From assembly GCF_004010195.1 (NCBI RefSeq), contig NC_057719.1, forward strand, positions 29,178,822 to 29,242,821: a DNA stretch of 64,000 nt, given 5' to 3'. The position numbers and the translations under genes were made by a program. Shown here in pieces: positions 1 to 11,144 of the stretch; within the stretch, counting starts at the first letter, position 1; each line of letters begins with the position of its first letter. Source of the stretch: Chiloscyllium plagiosum (lineage: Eukaryota). The notes under the pieces were generated by a model that did not search any database, had not been told where the DNA came from, and saw only the letters and a list, made by a program, of their open reading frames with translations.

Positions 1-3000
1 GCATTACAGCTGCAGAAAAGGAGGTTGTTGAGGAGGGTTTTCTCAACTAAATCAGTATGGGTGGAAGTCAGTAACAGGAAAGGTTCAGTCACTTTATTGG
101 GTGTTTTCTATTGACCCTCCAATAGTAGGACAGAGATGGAAGAACAGATTAGACAATAGATCTCTGAATGGTGCAGATGTAACAGAGTTGTTGTTATGGG
201 TGACTTCAACTTCCCTAATATTGATTGGGAGCTCCTTAATGCAGATGGCCTGGATGGAGCCGATTTTGTTAGGTGTGGCCAGGAAGGATACCTAACTCAA
301 TATGTAGATGGGCTGACTAGAGTGGAGGTGATATTGGATTTGGTGCTATGCAATGAGCCAGGCCAGGTGTCAGATCTCTCATGGGAGATCATTTTGGTGA
401 AAGTGACCACAACTGCCTCACCTTTACCATAGCTATAGAGAGGGATAGGAACAGTCAGTATGGGAAGGTACTTAACTGAGGGAGGGGATAGTATATTACT
501 ATTAGACAGGAGCTGTGGAGTATAAATTGGGAACAGTTATTCTACGAAAAATACACAACAGAGATGTGGAGGCTCTTTATGGAGCACTTGTTGCGAGTGT
601 TGGATAACTGTCCCACTGAGACAGGCAAGGAGTGGTAAGGTGAAGCAGCCTTGTATGACAAGAGAAGAGGAGCTTCTCATCAAGAGGAAGAAGGAAACTT
701 ACTTAAGGTTGTGGAAGCAAAGATCTGGCACAGCTTTAGAAGATTACAAGGTGGCTAGGAAAGATCTAAAAATGGACTGAGTAGAGCCAGGAGTGGTCAC
801 AAGAAAGCCTTGGCAGAAAGGATTAGGGAAAACCCAAAGATGTTCTACACTCAGGTGAGGAACAAGAGAATGATCAGAGCGAGGGTAGGACCAATCAGAG
901 ATAATGGAGGGAACTTGTGCCAGGAGTCTGAATAGGAGGTCCTAAATGTGTTTTTTGCTTCAGTATTCAATAGATAGTGCGAATACCATGAACCAGGTTC
1001 ATAGGCTTACACTTTATTAATATCAATCTGTTTATGTGCTGGAAATTCTGGGAAGCATCAAGATAGATAAGTCCCCACAACCAGACCAGATATAGAGCTG
1101 AAAATGTGTTGCTGGAAAAGCGCAGCAGGTCAGGCAGCATCCAGGGAACAGGAGAATTGACATTTCGGGCATAAGCCCTTCTTCAGGAATGAGGAAAGTT
1201 TGTCCAGCAGGCTAAGATAAAAGGTAGGGAGGAGGGACTTGGGGGAGGGGCGTCAGAAATGTGATAGGTGGAAAGAGGTCAAGGTGAGGGTGATAGGTCA
1301 GACTGGGGTGGGGGCGGAGAGGTCGGGAAGAAGATTGCAGGTTAGGAAGGCGGTGCTGAATTTGATGGATTTGACTGAGACAGGCTGGGGGGAGGGGAAA
1401 TGAGGAAGCTGGTGAAATCCGAGTTCATCCCTTGTGGTTGGAGGGTTCCTAGCTGGAAGATGAGGCGTTCTTCCTCCAACCGTCGTTTCGCTGTGGTCTG
1501 ACGATGGAGGAGTCCAAAGACCTGCATATCCTTGGTGGAGTGGGAGGGGGAATTGTAATGTTGAGCTACAGGGTGGTTGGGTTGGTTGGTCCGGGTGTCC
1601 CATAGGTGTTCTCTGAAACGCTCCGCAAGTAGGCGGTCTGTCTCCCCAATATAGAGGAGGCCACATCGGGTGCAGAGGATGCAATAGATGATGTGTGTGG
1701 AGGTGCAGGTGAATCTGTGGCGGATATGGAAGTTTCCTTTGGGGCCTTGGGGGGAGGTGAGGGGGGAGGTGTGGGCGCAAGTCTTGCACCTCCTGCGGTT
1801 GCAGGGGAAGGTGCCGGGAGTGGAGGTTGGGTTGGTGGGGGGTGTGGATCTGACGAGGGAGTCACGGAGGGAGTGGTCTTTACGGAAAGCTGATAGGGGA
1901 GGGGTGGGAAATATATCCTTGGTGGTGGGGTCCGTTTGGAGGTGCAAGACTTGTGCCCACACCTCCCCCCTCACCTCCCTCCAAGGCCCCAAAGGAAACT
2001 TCCATATCCGCCACAGATTCACCTGTACCTCCACACATATCATCTATTGCATCCTTTGCACCCGATGTGGCCTCCTCTATATTGGGGAGGCAGGCCGGCT
2101 ACTTGCGGAGCGTTTCAGAGAACACCTCTGGGACACCTGGACCAACCAACCCAACCACCCTGTAGCTCAACATTTCAATTCCCCCTATCACTCCACCAAG
2201 GATATGCAGGTCTTTGGATTCCTCCATCGTCAGACCACAGCGAAACGATGGTTGGAGGAAGAACGCCTCATCTTCCGGCTAGGATCCCTCCAACCACAAG
2301 GGATGAACTCGGGTTTCACCAGTTTCCTCATTTCCCCTCCCCCCACCTTGTCTCAGTCAAATCCATCGAATTCAGCACCGCCTTCCTAACCTGCAATCTT
2401 CTTCCCGACCTCTCCGCCCCCACCCCAGTCTGACCTATCACCCTCACCTTGACTTCTTTCCACCTATCACATTTCCGACGCCCCTCCCCCAAGTCCCTCC
2501 TCTCTACCTTTTATCTTAGCCTGCTGGACAAACTTTCCTCATTCCTGAAGAAGGGCTTATGCCCGAAACGTCAATTCTCCTGTTCCCTGGATGCTGCCTG
2601 ACCTGCTGCGCTTTTCCAGCAACACATTTTCAGCTCTGATCTCCAGCATCTGCAGACCTCACTTTCTCCAGACCAGATATATCCAAGGTTACTTTGGGAA
2701 GCGAGGAATGAGATTGCTGCACCTCTGGTGATGATCTTTGCATCCTCACTCTCCATGGGTGTAGTCCTGGATGATTGGAGGGAGGCGAATGTTTTTCCTC
2801 TGTTGAAGAAAGGGAATAGGGAAGTCCCTGGGAATTACAGGCCAATCAGTCTTACATCTGCAGCAAGCAAGTTACTGGAGAGGATTCCAAGAGATAGGAT
2901 TGATAGCTATTTGGAAAAACATAGTTTGATTAAAGATAGTTAACATGGCTTTGTGAGATGCAGGTCATGCCTCACAAGTCTTATTGAGTTCTTTAAGGAT

Positions 3001-4215
3001 GTGACGAGACAAGTTTACAAAGGTCGAGCAGTGGATGTGGTGTATATTGATTTCATTAAGGCATTTGATAAGGTTCCCCATGGTAGGGTCATTCAGAAAG
3101 TTAGGAGGTATGGGATACAGCTGTCTGGATGCAGAATTTAGCTGTCTGGATGCAGAATTGGCTGGCCGAAAGAAGACAGCAAGTGGTAGTGGATGGAAAG
3201 TATTCTACCTGGAGGTCAGAGTCCTGCAGGGATCTGTTCCTGGGCCTGTGTTGTTTGTAGTTTTTATAAATGATTTGGATGAAGAAGTGGAAGTGTGTGT
3301 TAGTAAGTTTGCCAATGACATAAAGGTCAGTGGTGTTGTAGATAGTGTTGAAGGCTGTTATAGGCTACAACAAGACAGTGACAGGATGCAGAGCTGGGCT
3401 GAGAAGTTGTAGATGGTGTTCAACCTGGATAAATACAGAGTGATTCATTTTGGAAGATCGAATTTGAATGCTAAATACTCGGTTAAAGACAGGATTCTTG
3501 GCAATGATGAGTAACAGCGGCATCTTTGGGTCCACGTACATAGATCCATCAAAGTTCTCACCAAAGTTGATCGGGTTGTTAAGAAGGTGTATGGTGCTTT
3601 GCTTTCATTAACGGGTGATTGAGTTTAAGAGCTGAGAAGTTTTGCTGCAGCTGTATAAAACCCTGGTTAGACTACACTTGGAATATTGGGTCCAGTTCTG
3701 GTCACCTCCTTATAGGAAGGATGTAGATGCTTTTAGAGAGGGAGCAGAGGAGATTTACCAGGATGTTTCCTGGATAGGAGAGCATGTCTTATGAAGAGAG
3801 ATTGAGTGAATTAGGGCTTTTCACACTGGAGAGACGAAGGAAGGGAGGTGACTTGATAGAGGTGCACAAGGTAATGAAATGGATAAATAGAGTAGATAGC
3901 CAGAGACTTTTCCTCATGGCAGAAATGGCTGTCATGAAGAGTCATATTTATAAGGTGGTTGGAGGAAGGTATGGGGAGATGTCAGAAGTAGGTTCTTTAT
4001 GCAGAGAGTGGTGGATGCGTGGAATGCACTGCTAGTGGTGGTCATAGAGTCAGAGACATTACAGACATTTAAGCAACTGCTGGACAAGCACATGGAGGCA
4101 GTAAATTGAGAGGTGTATAGGTAAGGTTGATCTTAGATTAAGAAAAATGCTCGGCACAACATTGTGGGCCAAATGGCCTGTACTGTGCTGCACTGTTTTA
4201 TGTTTTATGTTCTAA
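1..4215 (+). mobile_element. CR1-clade LINE, decayed ORF2 (APE endonuclease + RT) to 3' tail; split by a Penelope insertion at 1095-2667
   Basis: ORF fragments MGDFNFPNIDWE (APE), GNYRPISLTS, DVVYIDFIKAFDKVPH, QGSVPGPVLF..FINDL, KFANDIK (RT); 3' end with (tgttcta)-like tail near 4195-4215; many stops and frameshifts. Confidence 0.92.
1095..2667. mobile_element. Penelope-like element (family 1): GIY-YIG 3' part as inverted pair, 14-bp TSD
   Basis: IYCILCTRCGLLYIGET..RLLAERFREH (GIY-YIG) on both strands; TSD ccagaccagatata at 1081-1094 and 2668-2681. Confidence 0.92.
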
Positions 4216-4715
4216 ATCCGAGCTGACTATCATGATGAATTTGTGTCTCTGCAAGTGCAATTATATTCTACCCATATTTCTAATAACATCCTCACCACAG
4301 AAGTTAGACTGACTGGCCTATCATTCTCTGGTCCATGTCTTCCCATTTTTAATAACAGGACAATATTAGCAGTCCTCTGATTTGAAAATGACTGCCATAG
4401 CTCTTGCCTTCCTCAGCAGCCTGGCTTACATCATATCCAAGCCAGTATATTTTTCCACTTTTAAGGCTCATAAATATGCCTGTACCTCCCTTCCCTCTTT
4501 ATTAATTTATTCTGTTGTTTCACAATCTTTCACCTTGATACCTGTACCTGAGTCAACCTTTTCCATTGTGAAGACTGACACAAAGTATTCTTTAAGGACG
4601 GTGCCCACATCTTCTCGATTCACATGCAGATTACTTTTGTCCTAATTTCCCTAATTACTCTCTTGCTGTTTTTTTATTTCAAAAACTCTTTAAAGATTTT
4701 CCTTTATTGTACCTA

Positions 4716-4838
4716 GTTGAAACTTTATTGCTGAAACAGCACAGCAGGTCAGGCAGTCCCTGGATGCTGCCTGACCTGCTGTGCTGTTTCAGCAATAAAG
4801 TTTCAACTTTGATCTCCAGCATCTGCAGACTCACTTTC
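4716..4838. mobile_element. Minimal inverted Penelope 3'-end insertion (perfect 42-bp hairpin), 16-bp TSD
   Basis: 4715-4756 is the exact reverse complement of 4767-4808; TSD tcctttattgtaccta at 4700-4715 and 4839-4854. Confidence 0.9.
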
Positions 4839-5199
4839 TCCTTTATTGTACCTACCAAGGCTTTCTGATTCTCTCAGTTTTCCTGACTTATTTTCTAAGT
4901 TCCATCCTCCCCCAACCCGTGGCAGCTTTTATACTGCTCTGGGGACTCTGTGCCATGTTGAATCCTTGTTACCTACTATAAGTTTCTTTTTTCTTAATCC
5001 TGATTTATGTGTTCTGCAAATTTACCTCTTAGTTATATGCCATCCTGGGTTGAAACTGTATTACCATTCTAATGCTCTGTTCGTCCCAACACTCTAAGGA
5101 CAAAAGGGATTAAAGAAGGAAGGTCACCACCCCCAGCTCCAGGGCAAATGGGAATGGACAATAAATACGGGTTTTACTTCATCTAATTGGAAGTGAAAA

Positions 5200-5916
5200 A
5201 GTGCATCTAGATCTGGACAATATCTAGGCTTGGGCTGACAAGTGGCAAGTAACTTTCACAGAACACAAATGAAAAAGGCAGTTCCAGTCTCCAATACAAA
5301 CAATCTCACCACCATCACTGAGTCCCCCACTATCAACATTCTTGGGTTACCATTTAACAGAAATTCAATTGGACTCACCACATCAACACAATGGCTACAA
5401 GAGCAGGTCAGAGGCTAAGAATACTGCAGTGTATAACTCAGTTCCTGACTCCCCAAAACCTGCCCTTCATCTACAAGGCATAAGTCAGGAGTATGATGGA
5501 ATACCCCTCACTTGCCTGGATGGTTATAGCTCCAACAACACTCAAGGAGCTTGACACCATCCAGGTTAAAGCAGCCTGCTTGATAGGCACCACATCTACA
5601 AACACCCATTCCTTCCACCACTGTTGTCCAGTAGCAGCAGTGTATACTATCTACAAAATACAGTCAAAAATTCATCAAAGATCCTTAGAGAACATCTTCC
5701 AAACCCATAACCACTTCCATCTAGAAGGACAAGTCAGCAGATACATGGGAACACCTCCACCTGCAACTTTCTCCTACTGGCCATTCACCATTCTGATTTG
5801 GAAATCTATCATTGTTCTTTCATTGTTACTGTGTCAAAATTCTGGAATTGCCTATCTAAAGGGCATTGTGAATCAACCTACAACACATGGACTGCAGCAT
5901 TTCAAGAAGGCTACCT
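5200..5916 (+). mobile_element. LINE 3' fragment (second CR1/L2-group family)
   Basis: MEYPSLAWM..APTTLKELDTIQVKAACLIG; matches the 3' half of 40100-41720. Confidence 0.75.
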
Positions 5917-8267
5917 TCAAAGATTCAATAAGTCTTGTGAGGCATAACCTGCCCCTGTAAAAGCCATGCTGACTGTCTCTAATCAAACTATGCTTTTTCA
6001 AATAATTATAAATCCTGTCTCTCATTAACCTCTCCAATAGTTTGCCCACCACCGACGTAAGACTGCTCTATAATTCCCAGGGTTATTCCTATTCCTTTTC
6101 TTGAACGAGGGAATAACATATATCACCCTCCATCATCTGGTACTACTCCAGTGGACAGTGAGAATGCAAAGATCATCGCCAAAGGTGCAGCAAATCTTTC
6201 CTCGCTTCCCTTAGTAACCTTGGGCATATCCAATCTGGCCCAGGGGACTTATCTATTCTCATGTATTTCAAAATTTCCAGCACATCTGCCTTCTTAACAT
6301 CAATCTGTTCAAGCATATCAGCCTGTGTCACGCTGTCCTCATGAACGACAAGGTCCCTCTCACTTGTGAATACTAAAGCAAAATATTCATTATGGACCTC
6401 CCCTAATTCCTCTGACTCCAGGCACAAGTTTCCTCCACTATTCCTGATCAGCTGTACCCTCACTCTGGCCATCCTCTTGTGCTGTACATAGGTTTTCCTT
6501 GAACCTATCCATCAAAGCTTGTTTATTCCCTCTTCTAGCTCTCCTACGTCCCTTCTTCAGTTCCTTCCTGGTTACCTTGTAACCCTCTAGAGTCTTGTCT
6601 GATCCTAGCTTCCTCAACCTTAAGTAAGCTTCCTTCTTCCTCTTGACTAGATGTTCCATATTTCTTGTCATCCAAGGTTCCTTCACCTTATCGTCCTTTC
6701 CTTGCCTCAGTGGGACAAACCTATCCAGCACTCACAGCAAGTGCTCCCTAATCAACCTCCACATTTCTGTCATGCATTTCCCTGTGAATATCTGTTCCTA
6801 ATTTATGCTCCACAGTTCCTGCCTAATAGCATTGTAATCCCCCCCCCCCCCCCCATTACATACTTTCCCATACCATCAGCTCCTATCCCTCTCCATAAAG
6901 GTCAGGGAGTTGTGATCACTATCACCTGAAATGGTCTCCTACTGAGAGATCTGACACCTGACCTGGTTCATTGCCAAGCACCAAATCCAATATAGCATTC
7001 CCTGTAGTCGGCCTATGAAAAATGTGTTGCTGGAAAAGCGCAGCAGGTCAGGCAGCATCCAAGGAGCAGGAGAATCAACGTTTCGGGCATAAGCCCTTCT
7101 TCATTGAGTCAGGATACACTTGACAAAACCTCCATCCAAACTATATGCACTAAGGAGGTTCCAATCAATATTAGGGAAATTGAAGTCACCCATAACAACA
7201 ATGCTGTTACTTCTGCAAATTTTCAAAACCTACCTCCCAATCTGCTCCTCCATGTCTCTGTTGCTATTGGGAGGTCTATAGAAAACTCCCAATAAAGTGA
7301 CTGCACCTTCCTTGTTTCTGACTTCCACCCATAATGACTCAGTAGACAAACACTCTTTGATGACCTCCCTTTCTGCAGCTATTATACTATCCCTGATTAG
7401 CAATGTCACTCCCCCACCTCTTTTACCTTCTTCCCTATTCCTTTTGAAATATCTAAAGCCCAGAACATCTAACAACCATTCCTGCCCCTATGATATCCAA
7501 GCCTCCGTAATGGCCACAACATCGTAGCTCCAAGTACTGATCCATGCTCTAAGTTCATCACCCTTGTTCCTGACCCCTCTTGCATTAAAATAGACACACT
7601 TCAACCCATCATACTGACTGCAACTTTGCCCTATCAACTGTCTCTCCTTCATCACAGACTCTCTGCACACTGTATATGCCTGTTTACCAATCTGGTTCTC
7701 ATCCTCCAGCCAATCTCAGTTTAAACCCTCCCGAAGAGCTCTAGCAAATCTCCTACCCAGGATATTGGTACCCCTCCAGTTTATATGTCCCAGAAAGTAT
7801 TCTAATGAGCCACATATCTGAAACCCTCCCTCCTACACCAGTTCTGCAGCCACATGTTCAGCTGCAATCAGTCTCTGTTCCTAGCCTCACTAGCCATGGT
7901 AACGGTAGCAATCCTGAGATTTCTACTCTGCTCGTCCTGCCTTTTAGCTTCCAACCTAACTCCCTAATTCACTTTTCAGGTCCTCATCCCTTTTCTTAGC
8001 TATGCCATTGGTACTGATGTATCCCACAACTTCTGGCTACTCACCCTCCCCCTTAAGAATCCTGTGGACTCAATCCAAGACATCCCTGACCGTGGCACTC
8101 GGGAGGCAACATAACATCCAGGAATCTTGTTCGCGAACACACAATTTCCTGCCTGTTCCTCTAACCATTGAATCTCCTATCACTATCACTCTTCTATTCT
8201 CCCCCATTCCCTTCTGAGCCACAGAGCCAGGCTCAGTGCCAGAGACCTGGCCGCTGTGGCTTTCCCT
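5917..8267 (-). mobile_element. CR1 LINE, 5' half (ORF1 SGNH-esterase region, APE, start of RT), decayed
   Basis: Minus-strand CVYFNARGVRNK, AITEAW, RGGGVTLLI, GVFYRPPN, KSPGPD; near 7960-8200 an IGDSMVRG..CCLPSA.VRDV-type ORF1 segment; small Penelope fragment at about 7016-7103. Confidence 0.88.
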
Positions 8268-8843
8268 GTTATATTAGAAAGAATCTTGGTTGATGAAATT
8301 TGACTATGTTAGCAGTGGAAACTATGACTTGATTGGTGATTTTTCAGTTTCTGATTTCCTTTCTACTAATGCTCATGAAATGAGTTCAAATGCTTCTTCT
8401 CACTGTCACCTTTACTTGTTTACTTTTAAACATCTTGGCAATATTTTCCATGCTATTTTACATTGTTAGCGTAGTCCAAATTCATCCACTTTATCACAAC
8501 TCTCGGAATGTTTGTGTTAAACCAATTGGCATCCTCTGTCCCAAAGCTACCTCAAATGTTATGTGCTGTTATTTTTGATAATATGTTGTGCCAAGCCTTA
8601 GCCAGTGTTTTCTGAACAAAATTGGTAGACATTTTACTATTCCCCATGCTTGTGACCTCAAATGATTCAACAAAATTAGTCAGATATGACCTACCCTTCT
8701 TCATGAATCCATGTTGACACAAATTAACTGAAGCTGTCTAAATGCTCTGTTTCTGATGATGTCTCCCAAATAAGTCCCATATACAACACGTACCATGAAG
8801 GTCCTACCTTCGCAATCTTTCCCGTTGTCTGTGGCATGGTGGC

Positions 8844-9152
8844 TATAGTGAAGTCAGCCAGTAGACCTCATAGAGTATGAGTTTCCTGATTGGGACTGTT
8901 AATCTGGTCCAATCAACGAGCCCTGGCTGACAGATATAAAGAGAAGTGTTGCGGTAGTATGGGGGTAAAATAAAAGATGAGCAAGAGTGTCAGAAGTTCT
9001 GGTCACTTTGACAAATAACAAAAAAAAAAGAAGTGTTAGATATTCTGACATCCAGAGCTGGCTCTGCGAGAGCTGGACCAGTGTCAAGGCCTTTCCACAT
9101 GTAAATAAAGGTGATTTGGTGATGGGATACCAGCCTCTGTGGAGTTATTTTA
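8844..9152 (+). mobile_element. Solo LTR of the Gypsy element at 33442-38998, with short insertions beside its TATA box
   Basis: Similar to the reverse complement of 38763-38998 and 33442-33557; CCAAT, gatataaa and aataaa motifs; ends ggagttatttta. Confidence 0.8.
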
Positions 9153-9258
9153 CTGACCCTCAGGTTAATTCACCATGAGTTTCCTTTCTCTAATAAGATA
9201 ATGGTGACTTTACCTAGTAGTTAAGTCTAATGTAACTGCATACAAAATCTGTTTGCAG

Positions 9259-9407
9259 CAATGAACAGCATGAATACCAGATTATTATGAATACTGCACC
9301 GAGTACTGAACAAACACAGTCTCAGAGACATGGAATAGTTATTCAGAGATCAATACGAACTTTGAAACCATTCAAACTTGTAAGACAGCAGTCACAGACA
9401 GAAGCAG
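9259..9407 (+). CDS. SIX6OS1: Putative internal exon of SIX6OS1-like gene (NEQHEYQIIMNTAPSTEQTQSQRHGIVIQRSIRTLKPFKLVRQQSQTEA)
   Basis: Unique sequence; tttgcag| acceptor, CAG|gtatgc donor; only one open frame; phase 2 in, phase 1 out, compatible with the next exon. Confidence 0.62.
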
Positions 9408-10399
9408 GTATGCTTTTCACTTATGTGAAGTTATATTTAGTAAGTGTCTTCTGTGTTTTTTCTTTTTTATCAATTTTAGAATTTTATCTTTTGCTGTTTT
9501 AAGATTAGTTTTGAAAGCTAAGTTAGGCACTTATGTAGCAGATGGATCAATGTATTTGTTGAGAATAATTTCTGAGATGATAGTTAAGATGATGCTTTTC
9601 CACACTTAGGGAAGTACTAAACTTTTTCCTGAGTTATAATTGGTTTTTTTGATCTTTGTATCCAGCAACATCCTGTGACATTGCAAAAGAAATCAACATA
9701 ATATATTGCCTTCAGATGAAGGGGGTGAATTACTGGCATTAGGGGATCCATTAGACTAGGATACAGATCTGTATTTCAGGCCCATTGCAAAATTAAGCAC
9801 AAACTTCCACAGGAGACTTTTGGAATCCCAAAAGCAATGGTATATACAGCTAATAAATACTATTTTTGCAATCCTTTAAGTTTCCACTAATCTTTCATTT
9901 TTCCTTTGCATGACTTTTGTAGACCTTAATCTTTGCAGATTAAATGTTAGTCTTGGATATGTGGTTGCATTCTTGCCTATTGCATGTTCAGTTTTTCCTT
10001 CTGGCTTTAACACATAATCTCAGCTGACATTTAAGTGTTACATTGAGGGTATGTTCCGTTGTCAAAGGTATTATCTTTCACATAAGATCAATGGGAGTCA
10101 GGACACCTTTTCACTCCTGGAAGCCTCAGTCTCAATTCTGTATTTGCCATGTAAGTATTCCAGCTTCAATCACAGTAGATATGGAAGCAATCCCTAGAAC
10201 CCAGTTTGGATCAGAATCACACTGTTTTTGAGGTATTGAGTTTATTGGAGGATATTCGCCATGAAGCCTAGTAAGTTCTCTTGTCCAATCTTATACATCT
10301 TCATTTAGTGCTGACTCAGCAGATATCCCAAAATTCACCAGCATCCCTGTACCCACATCATCTTTAAAAGTCCATTGTGCACCTGGACAAAAAATCTGT

Positions 10400-10900
10400 T
10401 ATTTTGCCAGATGGGTGATGGAAATTTGCTGTGCTAGTGGTGCAGAGTGCCATCAGCTGCACACATATGGCTCTGCAAATTCCACAAATTAAAGCAGAGA
10501 AATACTCCAATTACAAGGGCTACCACTCCATGAATGTGCAGTTGAGATATGTCTGTGCCCAGAATATAGAAGCCTGTTTAGCAGCCACAATGCTTTTGTC
10601 CTATGTCAGTCAGTTTACTCAGCAATAATTTATCCACCATAGTGAACCAAAGGATTGCTACTTGCTAATGAGCTTACCTACTACAAACTTACCTGATGAC
10701 TCTTACCCACCACCCAAACATGCATGAATGATTTTCCACAATCAGCTCCATGCTACCAGCAGGAATGTCATGGCACAAATTATTAGCATACTGAAACACA
10801 GGGCTAATATCAAGATGATGGTGGGGGATTAGGAGAACTCACCAGTACTTAACTGGAATGTGTCTCAAATTTGTGATGATTTACTGCATGCTGCAGAATG
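10400..10900 (+). pseudogene. Decayed PIF/Harbinger (HARBI1-like DDE) transposase fragment
   Basis: VQSAISCTHMAL..NYKGYHSMNVQL resembles the GAIDCTH..NRKG.HS.NVQ motif; later VSQI..CML-type motif near 10860. Confidence 0.72.
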
Positions 10901-11144
10901 TTACCCCCATGAGGGGACACCCTTTGTTACCAGGCTTACAGAAAGCACTTCAAGGAAATATCCAGGATCCTTAAATCCAAAAAGGCTAATTGTAAATGAC
11001 TACTCAAACTCTGGTTCTTTTGAAATTGCAACCTCCAATCATTGTTTCACAATTTCCCACTTTTCAATCCTTCAGCTCCTGCATCTTCACATCTTCTTGG
11101 TCATACTCCTAAACTAAAAGACAATGAAAAGAGTAACATATACA

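Noticed and set aside
1298..2433. Mirror-image 233-aa and proline-rich ORFs as host genes
   Set aside because: Products of the inverted Penelope GIY-YIG region and its alternative frames
3119..3159. 20-bp tandem duplication inside CR1
   Set aside because: Ordinary local slippage in a dead element
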